Below are positions 24,155 through 33,456 of a stretch of 64,000 bases of DNA, in pieces. This DNA comes from Alphaproteobacteria bacterium. GTDB taxonomy: Bacteria; Pseudomonadota; Alphaproteobacteria; GCA-2746255. Within the stretch, counting starts at the first letter, position 1, and the number at the start of each line of letters is the position of its first letter. A model generated the notes under the pieces. That model saw nothing but the letters and a program-made list of their open reading frames with translations. It was not told the DNA's origin and ran no database searches. Position numbers and translations under genes: made by a program. Location of the stretch: the NCBI GenBank assembly GCA_965249135.1, contig OZ252220.1, forward strand, positions 800,001-864,000, written 5' to 3'.

Positions 24155-24789
24155 TTACGCGTCCGGCGACGGCGTCAGCCGCAGATAGGGCTTCAACGCC
24201 TTCCATCCCTTCGGAAATTTTTTCTTCGCCTCTTCGTCCGACAGCGACGGCACGATGATGACATCCTGGCCATGGGTCCAGTTCACCGGCGTCGCCACGC
24301 TGAACCGATCCGTCAATTGCATCGAGTCGATGACGCGGAGGATCTCGGCAAAGTTCCGGCCCGTCGTCTGCGGATAGATGATCATCAGCCGGATTTTCTT
24401 GTTCGGATCGATGATGAAGACGGTGCGAACCGTGTACACCTCGTCATGGGCAGGGTGCATCATGCCGTACAGGCTGGCCACCTTCCGATCGGGATCCGCG
24501 AGGATGGGGAAGTTCAGCGCCGTGCCCTGGGTTTCCGCGATGTCCTTCGCCCAATCCTTATGGGAATCGACGGCATCGATGGAAAGGCCGATCACCTTGA
24601 CGTTCCGCTTCTCGAATTCTGACCGAAGGCGCGCCACCTCGCCCAATTCCGTCGTGCAGACCGGCGTGAAGTCCTTCGGGTGGGAAAAAGAACCGCCCAG
24701 CCGTCGCCGATCCAGTCGTGAAAGCGGATGCGCCCGTCCGTCGTCACGGCCTCGAAATCGGGCGCCGTATCGCCGAGATGAAGTGCCAT
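24155..24789 (-). CDS. 1-Cys peroxiredoxin (Prx6), frameshifted near 24686
   Basis: ORF 24592-24789 (MALHLGDTAPDF...WAVLF) joins ORF 24155-24835 (SHPKDFTPVCTTE) at a T/C homopolymer. Confidence 0.9.
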
Positions 24790-24942
24790 GCCTGCCTCCC
24801 TGTTTGGCGTGCCCGCATTGGCCTTCGTAAGCCACGCGAACAGCGTGGCGTTTGTATATGCACGATCCTGTGGAACGGTCTCGGAATCTAGCGCCGATCG
24901 CCCCTTCCTGCCACCTCGTAATCGGAAAAACCGTGCGAGGCC

Positions 24943-26682
24943 TCAGAAGGTCGCCTGAAGGCTGAAGAAGAAGCGCATGCTGTTATCGCCTTCCGTGAAG
25001 ACAATCGTCGTAAGCGGCAGTGCCGCTTCGAAATTCGCCGTTATATCCCCCCAAATCCTTGCCCGAACCCCAAGCCCAGTCGAGCTCAGCGAATTCCGGC
25101 GGCTGTCCTTGTCCCAAACGGCGCCAAGGTCGTAGAAACCATAGAGCTGATAGGCTTTCACGACCTCCCACGCCACGGAACGGCCGTACTGAAGCTCGAG
25201 GATGCCTCCCAGCCCGTCGACGCCGACGAGCTCGGACGGGTCGTAGGCGCGGCCGAAACGGGTGCCGCCGAGCCGAAATTCTTCCGCGGAAAGAAGGGCG
25301 TGGGCGGATCGCTGGCCAGCGACGAAGAGGCTCATGCCCAACTCATTCGTGATCTTCTGGTAGCGGTAGACGTCCGCCGTCACCTTCGTGAAATCGCTGC
25401 GCCCGCGAAAACGGGAAAGATTCGAAGCCCCCTCCTTCGATTCACCAAGGATTTTGAGCCCCCGGCTGATCTCGAGGCCGATTTGGTTCGTGCCTTGGTA
25501 CTCGCTCCCGAGAAGGGTGTCGCCGAAGTAGTAGTAGCGTCCGCCCAGACGCAGCACCCGAAGGCGATCATCGAAGGTCTCGAAGCCGAGCTGCTCCTCA
25601 TCGGAGTTCAGGTAATCGAACCGGGCATGCAGGGTGAGGCTTTCTTCGCGCGAGCGGACGAGTGGGTGCCGCACCTCGAGGCTTATGCGCGTGCCCATGC
25701 TTTCCACGCCGAAGACCTCGAGATCCGCCCCGGAATCGACGAAGCTTTGGGAGCCTGAAAGGATGACCCTCGTGCCGTCGGAACCGATCGCCTGCTCATG
25801 CTGGCCCTCGAAATAGAGGAGTTCGTCCGGCGAATCCGGGATCGTATAGAAGGTAAGCCGGGTTCGCTCGAGCATGCCGAACAGCGAGTTGAAATCCACC
25901 GCCACATAGCCTTGCAGCCGCCCGACGTCCGGCGTGCCCCGATTGTCGAGGCCGGCATAGCCCTCCACCGGATCGTGATGAAGGGTGAGGTGAAGCTCAT
26001 AGGTCCCCGCCTCCGGGTCCACTTGCCGTATGGCAGAACGCATCCGAAGGCCGGGCAGGTCGTTCAGAAGAAGGATGGTGCGCTCCAGCGCCGCCAGGGT
26101 GGTGGGGCGAACGCTGGTGAGCCTTGCCGCGTGGCGCGCAAGCAACGCCTCCCCGCCCGGCTGGTCCCCATCGAAGACGACGCGCTCCACATAGCCCTCG
26201 ATGATGCGGATGCGAAGAACCCCCCCATCCAGGCTCTGGGACGGTGCGACCGCCCGGGAAAGCACGTAGCCCGTCTTTCGGTATTTTTCGGTGATCGCCC
26301 CAAGCACGGTCTCGACGTCCCCAAGCGTAATCTCGCGGCCAAGGATGTCCGCATAAAGCTCCGCGAATTCCGGGGCCTCGAATACGGTGGCCCCTTCGAC
26401 CTCAACCCTTTCGAGAACGAAGGTCTCCACCACCTCCGAGGGCGGCTCGACGATCTCCGGCGGCTCGATTGGCCCGATCTCGGCCGGCGCCCGCTCGGGC
26501 TTCACCAGCCGTTCTTCGATCTGCCCCGCCTCGGAAGAGGGCCGGCTCTGCGCCCACGCCTCCGCCATCGCTCCCAGCGACCAAAGGACGCCAAAGGCGA
26601 TCAGGAAACGAAGGAAAGGCGTTCCGTCGAACCACACGCGGTTAACGAAACGCGGCTCTTTTTTGCCCGGTTTGGTTAACAA
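24943..26682 (-). CDS. ShlB/FhaC/HecB family (TpsB/Omp85) secretion/activation protein
   Basis: POTRA motifs (VEGATVF, ITEKYRKTGYVLSRA, IIEG), LNDLPG, DNRGT, LLSAEEFRLGG...RAYD, YGFYDLG, terminal F. Confidence 0.9.
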   Translation of the reverse strand: MLTKPGKKEPRFVNRVWFDGTPFLRFLIAFGVLWSLGAMAEAWAQSRPSSEAGQIEERLVKPERAPAEIGPIEPPEIVEPPSEVVETFVLERVEVEGATVFEAPEFAELYADILGREITLGDVETVLGAITEKYRKTGYVLSRAVAPSQSLDGGVLRIRIIEGYVERVVFDGDQPGGEALLARHAARLTSVRPTTLAALERTILLLNDLPGLRMRSAIRQVDPEAGTYELHLTLHHDPVEGYAGLDNRGTPDVGRLQGYVAVDFNSLFGMLERTRLTFYTIPDSPDELLYFEGQHEQAIGSDGTRVILSGSQSFVDSGADLEVFGVESMGTRISLEVRHPLVRSREESLTLHARFDYLNSDEEQLGFETFDDRLRVLRLGGRYYYFGDTLLGSEYQGTNQIGLEISRGLKILGESKEGASNLSRFRGRSDFTKVTADVYRYQKITNELGMSLFVAGQRSAHALLSAEEFRLGGTRFGRAYDPSELVGVDGLGGILELQYGRSVAWEVVKAYQLYGFYDLGAVWDKDSRRNSLSSTGLGVRARIWGDITANFEAALPLTTIVFTEGDNSMRFFFSLQATF

Positions 26683-26729
26683 CCACGGCCTCCCCGGCTA
26701 AGGCTGCCCACCGATGAAGGGATTAGATG

Positions 26730-26754
26730 TTAACCAAGATTAAAAAATCGTTAA
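26730..26754. promoter_or_regulatory. Putative CtrA binding site(s)
   Basis: TTAA-AAAATCG-TTAA (26740-26754, TTAA-N7-TTAA) and a TTAACCA half-site at 26730, in the AT-rich divergent spacer. Confidence 0.55.
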
Positions 26755-26877
26755 TAGGAACAATTTTAAATAAATTAAAGACAAACACAAAGTAAATACG
26801 AAACGAAACTTATTGAAACCTTTCCTCAATTCGATATTTATTGCATCCAACAGAAAAGTATTTATCGAGGACTGAAA

Positions 26878-28504
26878 ATGCGCTCCACGAATACTAACAC
26901 GCTCCAGGACCGAATCCTGGCGTTCTACGGCGTCCGGGACTGGCCCTTCGCGAGGCAGAAGCAGAAGGCAGCTTCCCCGCATCCGCAGAAGGCGCCGCAT
27001 CCGCAGAAGGCGCCGCATCCGCAGAAGGCGCCGGCGCGCGTGGCGCCCCAGAATCCATTCGGGTTCACGCTAGGGAAGAAGACCGTCGGCGCCGTGCTCG
27101 CGATCCTCGCGATCTTCATCGCCGTGCCCTTCGTCTGGGATTCCCTGGAATCGACGAACGGCCCGGATTGGTTTTTCTCGCACCCGCAAATTGCCTCCAC
27201 CCACGGCCCGGTATCGGGCATGCACACAACGGAGGCTTCGGCGGCGAAGCGTTGGGCGGCAAAGGATTTCAGCGGCGACGTCCGCGTGCAGACGAAGGCC
27301 GACATCTGGCGGCCCATGACGAAACGCCACGGCATCGTTCCCGGCACGCGGATCGAGACCGGAAAGACGGGTCGGATCGTGCTTAGGCAAAAGGGCGACG
27401 TCGTCACCGTTACGCCGAACACCCGTTTCGAGGTTCCGAAGAAAGGCAAGAACAACGTTTGGCTCACCTTCGGCAAGGTGCTGTTCGACATGGAATGCCG
27501 CCCGGATCGGCGCTTCTCCGTCGGCACGCCCTACCTGGCGGCCACCATCAAGGGCACCGTCTTCACGGTGACGGTGGATGCGCTGGGTAGCACGGTCGAT
27601 GTGCATGAAGGCGCGGTACAGGTCGCCTCGTTGAAGAGCAACGACGTCACGATCATCCGGCCCGGTCAACGGGCGAGCGTCACCTCGAGGGGCGGCGGAC
27701 GTCTGACGGTCGGAAAAGGCAGCCCGCCAGCTAAGAAGGTGAAGCCGCCGAAGAACGATCCCAAGGCCACGGCATCCGTTGACGAGAAGGCCGGCGCGCA
27801 ATCGGCCAGTCTCAATTCGAAAGCCACGGCATCCGATGACCGGAAATCTGGCAAGAAGGCCGGCGGGCAGTTGGTTAGCCTCGATCCAAAGGACAACAGC
27901 GGCAAGGGCAAGGGCCGGCTTCTTCGGATCGAATCAACTGACGAGAAGGCCAGCGTGCAATCGGTCAGTCTCAATTCGAAAGCCACGGCATCCGATGACC
28001 GGAAATCTGGCAAGAAGGCCGGTGGGCAGTTGGTTAGCCTCGATCCAAAGGACAACAGCGGCAAGGGCAAGGGCCGGCTTCTTCGGATCGAATCAACGCT
28101 GGGCGTGCAGCGGATCGATATTGGCTCCGTGACGAAGGGCCTTGTCGCGAACTGGACGCCGCCCGGCAACTTCTGGAATTCCGGCAACGGCAAGGACGGC
28201 GGCAGCGCGAATATCTCCAGCGGCGGCCCAAGCAATAGCGGCCCGAGCAATGCCGGCAGCCTCGGCAACAGCGGCGGCGGCGGCCCAAGCAATAGCGGCC
28301 CGAGCAATGCCGGCAGCCTCGGCAACAGCGGCGGCGGCAGCCCAGACAATAGCGGCCCCGGCGCATATGCCTACAGCGGCAGTCCCAGTAACAGTGGCCC
28401 CAGTAACAGTGGCCCCAGTAACAGTGGCCCCGGTGGCGGCGGTCCCGGTGGCGGCGGTCCCGGGTAACAGCGGCGGCAACGGAAAAGGCAAAGGCAAGGG
28501 TTAA
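26878..28504 (+). CDS. FecR-domain protein with repetitive Lys- and Gly/Ser/Asn-rich tail
   Basis: TM segment, then IETGKTGRIVL...FSVGTPYLAATIKGTVFTV...VHEGAVQV (FecR). As given it stops at 28467; removing one G gives the ending GNSGGNGKGKGKG* at 28504. Confidence 0.85.
26977..27030 (+). repeat. 18-bp x3 coding repeat (PHPQKA)
   Basis: CCGCATCCGCAGAAGGCG, three perfect copies. Confidence 0.95.
27781..28098 (+). repeat. 159-bp x2 coding duplication (53 aa)
   Basis: DEKA..QS.SLNSKATASDDRKSGKKAGGQLVSLDPKDNSGKGKGRLLRIEST twice, units starting at 27781 and 27940, near-identical DNA. Confidence 0.95.
28221..28463 (+). repeat. Nested 57-bp x2, 15-bp x3 and 15-bp x2 coding repeats
   Basis: GGPSNSGPSNAGSLGNSGG x2 (28221, 28278); CCCAGTAACAGTGGC x3 (28384-28428); GGGGP x2. 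Confidence 0.9.
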
Positions 28505-28558
28505 AGGGTTTCGCCATGTTTGTTCTCAAAGCACAACACGTCTCCCCTTGAGAGCCCT

Positions 28559-28595
28559 GGAGGGGGCCTTCATCGCCGGCCCCCTCCCCCTTTTT
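28559..28595 (+). terminator. Rho-independent terminator-like hairpin
   Basis: GGAGGGGGCC-N9-GGCCCCCTCC followed by CCCTTTTT. Confidence 0.6.
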
Positions 28596-28638
28596 CCCTG
28601 GCCTCTGAATTCACCCACCTAGGAAAGAGAGAACCCGT

Positions 28639-30909
28639 ATGAAACGACGCCTGCCACATCTTCTGGTCTTCCTCCTCGTAGCGGTCGTCTATCTCGTCGG
28701 CACCCTCACGCCGGTCGAACACGCCCTCATGGATCTTCGCTTCCGCCTGCTTCCCCAAGAGGCGAGCGGCGAGCTGGTCGTCGTCGAAATCGATGCCCGA
28801 AGCCTGGAGGAACTGGATACTTAGCCATGGCCGCGAAGTTACTATGCCGAGGTCCTAGACCGCCTGTTCGCAGCGGGCGCAACCGAGGTTGCCCTCGACA
28901 TCGATCTGAGCTCAAGCGCCGATCCGGCCGGCGACGCGGCCCTTGCCGCCGCCCTGGAACGGGCGAAGGGCCGCGTCATCCTGCCGGTCTTCGAACAGCC
29001 CGCCTCCCAAGGAAATCCGGAGGCGGACCTTGTTCAAACGAGGCCGCACGAGAGTTTCCGGCGGCACACCCGGCTCGCCTCCGTGAACATGTTTCCCGAT
29101 TCCGACAGTCTGGTCCGTGCCCATTCGAGCGTCGAGCCATGGAGCGATGAGCTCCTGGCCACGATGCCGGCGCTTTTGGCGGGACCCTTGCTCTCGCCGA
29201 TCGGCATTTACACCCTGGACTACGGCATCCGCCCCGCTACCTTGCCCAGGCTTGGTTTTGCCGACGTGCTGAAGGGGAATTTCGAGCCCACCGCCGTGGC
29301 CGGCAAGAAAATCCTCATCGGCACGACCTCCATCCAACTGGGCGATCTCTTGCCCACCCCGGTTTATCGATCTCTGCCGGGGCCCATCATCCAGGCGCTC
29401 GCCTTCGAATCGATTATCCAGGACCGTGCCCTATACCACAGCACGCCGTTGCTAACCCTCGGCCTCGCCCTGATGCTGGTTCTTCTGTTGGGACCGAAGC
29501 TCGCGAAGTGGTCATGGCGGCGGGGACTGGTTGTCGTCGTCGGGGTAAGTGGCGGGATCTTCCTGGTCTCCCTCATCGTACAGGGCAATTTTCCCTTCAG
29601 TCTGAACACGACGCCGCTCATTTTAGGGACGACGCTTTCCTACCTTGTGAGTTTCTTCCACGAATTCGACCAGCAAGCATCCCGTCTTTTGGAGCATCGC
29701 ATGATGATCATGCAGCGGAACGCCATGATGAAATGCGTCGTCGAAGACAGTTTCGACGGTATCGTGATTACCGATGAAACCGGCTGCATCGAGATGTTCA
29801 ATTCCTGCGCCGATAAGATGCTGGGTTATGAATCGGGTGAGGCGCACCACCAGCGGATCGATTCGGTCATTCCGGAGTTGCGGGGAATCGACACCTCCGA
29901 CGGCGAGGAACGCCCTGAGGGGGGCGGTCTTCAGCGCTGGTCGTCTCGTCGGGCCTTACGAACTCGCCCTCCATCGCGAGGACGGCGAAGACCTCGAGGT
30001 CGAACTCGTCGTCAGCACGTCAAAAATGAAGGTCAGCACCCATCTTTTCGAGCGCCGGCAGGAGAGCCGCACCGTTTACGTCTATACCTTCCGCGACATC
30101 GCCGAACGCAAGAAGGCCGAAGCGGCCCAGAGACATGCGGTGGAGGAAGCGCTTTCCGCCAGCCGCGCGAAGTCCGAATTCCTGGCGAATATGAGCCACG
30201 AGCTGCGCACGCCGTTGAACGCCATCATCGGCTTTTCCGAGATTCTAAAGAACGAGATGTTCGGCCCCCACGTCGTTTCCCAGTACAAGGAGTATTCTAG
30301 CGACATCTATCAAAGCGGTGCGTATCTCCTGGATGTCATCAACGACATCTTGGATGTCTCGAAGATCGAATCGGATCAGTTCAACCTTCATGAGCAGCCA
30401 TCTTCGCTTCTGCCGATCCTGGATGCCTCTATCAAGATCGTCGGCCGCCGCGAGGAGGCGCGTGAACTTTCCATCGAGAAGGCGGTCGCACTGGACTTTC
30501 CGATGCTGATGGTGGACGCGCGGGTGCTTCGCCAGATTCTGATCAACCTGCTCAGCAACGCCGTGAAATTCACGGAGCCGGGCGGGATCGTCACCGTCGA
30601 GGCGACGTTGGACGAGGATGGCGCGGCGGTGCTTCGTGTCATCGACACCGGGGTCGGCATTCCGGAGGAAGCCCCCCCCATCTGGAGGAGCCGTTTTACC
30701 AGGCGGACGGGGCCCTGGATCGCAAGCACGAGGGCACCGGGCTTGGCCTGCACCTTGTTTATAAGTTCGTTGCCATGCTGGATGGCACGGTCGACATTCA
30801 GAACACGCTCGGCGCCGGCACGACCGTGACGGTGCGCCTGCCGAAGAAACGCGTCATCGAAAGCGAAAACATCGTGCCGATCCAGGACCAACAGAAAAAA
30901 AGCGCCTGA
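28639..30909 (+). pseudogene. CHASE2-PAS sensor histidine kinase, interrupted
   Basis: CHASE2 start VVVEIDARSL-DT*PWPR (TAG at 28822 where W is expected); PAS (DSFDGIVITDE); H-box KSEFLANMSHELRTPLNAIIGF; NLLSNAVKFT, DTGVGI, GTGLGL. Frameshifts at the G run near 29920 and the C run near 30675. Confidence 0.85.
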
Positions 30910-30940
30910 CCGAATCTTAAGCCGCCGCGAAGCACCCCTT

Positions 30941-32605
30941 CTAGCCCTTGATCAGCTTGGCCTTGCGCAACCGCGCAAGCAGCACGTTGAAGTCACGAAC
31001 GAGGCCCGTGACATCCGTCGCCCGGCTGTTCGCAAGCCCGTCCGCCTGGACGCCGCCGGCGATCCCGAAGGGCTCGAAGCGTGGCGCCTGCACCTTCACG
31101 TCCGCCGACGCCAGGCTCATCGCCGGCGCGTCGTTGACGGTGAAAGCGGGCTTCTCCCCGCTTACCTCCGCGATGAAGGTGTCGAGATCCGCGCCCCCCA
31201 CGTCCGCGCCGACCAGCATGATCGCCAATCCCGGCATGAACCGGTGCATGTGCTTTGGTGCGATGACCGCGACCTCGTTACTGGCCGCGGTGACGGAAAC
31301 CGCAGCCTCATAGGTGGGACCGGCCGGCATGCGTAAATGGTCGTCCTTGTCCGTGCATACCCACCCAAGGGAGCCACCGGATTCCACATTTTCCCTGAAG
31401 ATCAGGTCGCTGCGCTTGTAAACATTGAAGACGGTATGGCCTGGAAGGCGATCCCGCACTTCGATCTGACTGGCCTGCAGATAGATCCCGTTGCTCTGCT
31501 GTTTGTTCGTCCGATAGACGACCTCATGGGCCATTCCCGAGATGCGTTTTTTCTCAGGGTAATCTTCGAAAAGCGCGATCGCATCGCGGATTTGAGAGGC
31601 TGCCGCCGAGAAGTTCGTCCGCCCTTCCTTGGCGAAGACAGCGACGCCGATATCCGTCGGCCGGAAGTAGCCATGGACGTTTTCGAGACGAACGGTCGTG
31701 TTGCCGTGGATAGCCGTCTGGTTGACGAAAATCATCGCCTTTCGCATATCGTGGAGCCGAAGCGGCACATTCAGCTCGATCCGCCCGTCGCTGATGTTGA
31801 AGTTGATCCCTTGCGTGTCCTCAAGCAAAAGGAAGCCTTTTCCCCAATGCGTGCCATCGTAATAGCCCTCCAACTTCGCCGCTTCGGCAAAATAATATCG
31901 ATCCGGGTTGTTATCAAAAGTGAATTGGTTGATGTTGACGGGACGGCTTTCGTGTCGATCATTTGCGGAAAACCGAATGCAAAATCCGCCAATCGAATCG
32001 GATCGGATCCGATTCATATGAATATTCACAATTTCACTCGAACCGAAATCGACGGCATCGCCAAAGCAATTAAGGAAATAGAGATTCTCGAATTTTGTCC
32101 CCCAGTCCGTTCCGGTCCTGCCAATTCGCAGAAAACAATGTTCGGCGATTTTCCTCGACGATACAGAATAGCTGCTCTTTCCGTTGATCGTGAGATTCGA
32201 AAAACCTCCCCATGGTGTCGCGCCGGGTCGCTCATCTTCGTAGAAGAGGACGGTGCTGCCGGGCCCGCCCTCGCCATTGTACGCGAGGATGGTGTTGCCG
32301 ACCCCGAACCCGACGAGCGCCGTCCTTCCGTTCCATTCCACCTCGTGGCACATGTAATCCCCCGGCGGGAAATAGACCGGCAGAATGCGTTCTGGCGGAT
32401 ACGCAGGGCTTTCCGCGATCGCTGCCTGAATGGCCGCCGTATCGTCGGCAAGCCCATTTCCTTTCGCGCCGAAACGCTTCACGTTCAACGGATAGAGATC
32501 GAGGCTCACCAAAAGGTCACGCAGCACCTGCGGCGTGATCGCGCCGCTCGTGTTGTCGGACAGAAGCTTGAGGAGATCGGCGTGGGTGCGCGGCGTATCC
32601 GCCAT
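30941..32605 (-). CDS. Pectate-lyase-superfamily beta-helix protein resembling a phage tailspike, with a head-fibre-like C-terminus
   Basis: LNVKRFGAKGNGLADDTAAIQAAI...VYFPPGDY; late GWVCT motif; C-terminal ATDVTGLVRDFNVLLARLRKAKLI; lower-GC core. Confidence 0.75.
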   Translation of the reverse strand: MADTPRTHADLLKLLSDNTSGAITPQVLRDLLVSLDLYPLNVKRFGAKGNGLADDTAAIQAAIAESPAYPPERILPVYFPPGDYMCHEVEWNGRTALVGFGVGNTILAYNGEGGPGSTVLFYEDERPGATPWGGFSNLTINGKSSYSVSSRKIAEHCFLRIGRTGTDWGTKFENLYFLNCFGDAVDFGSSEIVNIHMNRIRSDSIGGFCIRFSANDRHESRPVNINQFTFDNNPDRYYFAEAAKLEGYYDGTHWGKGFLLLEDTQGINFNISDGRIELNVPLRLHDMRKAMIFVNQTAIHGNTTVRLENVHGYFRPTDIGVAVFAKEGRTNFSAAASQIRDAIALFEDYPEKKRISGMAHEVVYRTNKQQSNGIYLQASQIEVRDRLPGHTVFNVYKRSDLIFRENVESGGSLGWVCTDKDDHLRMPAGPTYEAAVSVTAASNEVAVIAPKHMHRFMPGLAIMLVGADVGGADLDTFIAEVSGEKPAFTVNDAPAMSLASADVKVQAPRFEPFGIAGGVQADGLANSRATDVTGLVRDFNVLLARLRKAKLIKG

Positions 32606-32820
32606 CACTTAAACCCCGTCCCGAAGGCCGGGCTAAAGGCCGACCCGTTCCAGGAATCCGTGGCGGCCTTGGCCTCACCCACGGTGACGATCCAAAGGCC
32701 GAACAAAGAGAAGCCAGCCGTCGTCCGCGCCGACATGGTGAGGAAGTCGCGCCGGTTCAAGGGACCGTCGAGGCTTTCCTGCCCTGGCATGCCGCACCTC
32801 CGGATGGCCATTTCTCCCAT
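32605..32820 (-). CDS. Small twin-arginine (Tat) signal-containing protein
   Basis: LNRRDFL, hydrophobic stretch, AKA cleavage motif, then only ~19 aa; TGATG overlap with the downstream gene; exact start uncertain. Confidence 0.65.
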   Translation of the reverse strand: MGEMAIRRCGMPGQESLDGPLNRRDFLTMSARTTAGFSLFGLWIVTVGEAKAATDSWNGSAFSPAFGTGFK

Positions 32821-32869
32821 TCGTTATAGGACAGAGACAAGCGGCAAGGCGACCCTTGATATGAGGCGC

Positions 32870-32898
32870 CTTGAAAAAGCCGAACCGCGCCCCATAAT
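32870..32898 (+). promoter_or_regulatory. Sigma32 (RpoH)-type promoter
   Basis: CTTGAA-N14-CCCCATAAT, 66 bp upstream of ATG 32965. Confidence 0.55.
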
Positions 32899-32964
32899 GG
32901 ATTTCGAACTCAGGCTGGCCTAAGAACTTCCAACTTGGCGCCCCTTACGGGCAATGGGGGAAAC

Positions 32965-33426
32965 ATGAAGAACCGCATCTTACGCTGTGCTGCCGTCCTG
33001 TTCGGCCTTGTGCTTGGAGGGCTGCTCGCCATGCCGCCGGGTTGGGCCGGGGAATTGGGACCGAAGGAGACCGTCGAGAAGCATCTGGCGGCCCTGCAAG
33101 ACTACATCTTCGAGGAAGCCTTCGACTACATCTCGAAAGAATCCACGGACGGAAAAACGAAACAGGAATGGGCGGATTCGACCCGCGAGCTCTATTCCAG
33201 CGCCAATGTGAAGGTCATGAAATTCACGCTTTACCCTGCGAAGATCGAAGGCGACAAGGCCATCGTTCCGGACATCCTGAACGCCAGCGACATATTCAAC
33301 AAGGAAGGCAGCACCGAATACGAGCTCTACCACCTCATCAAGGAAGATGGCGTCTGGAAGGTCGACCGTCAGGAACTCCTCTTCGAGGACAGCCAGGTAA
33401 AGGAGTGGTTCCCGGACGTAAAGTAG
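32965..33426 (+). CDS. Secreted hypothetical protein (NTF2/DUF4878-like)
   Basis: Signal peptide; PKETVEKHL...EEAFDYIS...LIKEDGVWKVD. Confidence 0.75.
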   Translation: MKNRILRCAAVLFGLVLGGLLAMPPGWAGELGPKETVEKHLAALQDYIFEEAFDYISKESTDGKTKQEWADSTRELYSSANVKVMKFTLYPAKIEGDKAIVPDILNASDIFNKEGSTEYELYHLIKEDGVWKVDRQELLFEDSQVKEWFPDVK

Positions 33427-33456
33427 GCGTAGCGAACACCGGGAAAGCGAGAATCG

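Noticed and set aside
26977-28463. Repeats considered as a CRISPR array
   Set aside because: They are in-frame coding tandem repeats with no unique spacers, and there are no cas genes.
30941-32820. Prophage or gene transfer agent
   Set aside because: There are no terminase, portal, capsid, tail or integrase genes nearby, only the single fibre-like gene.
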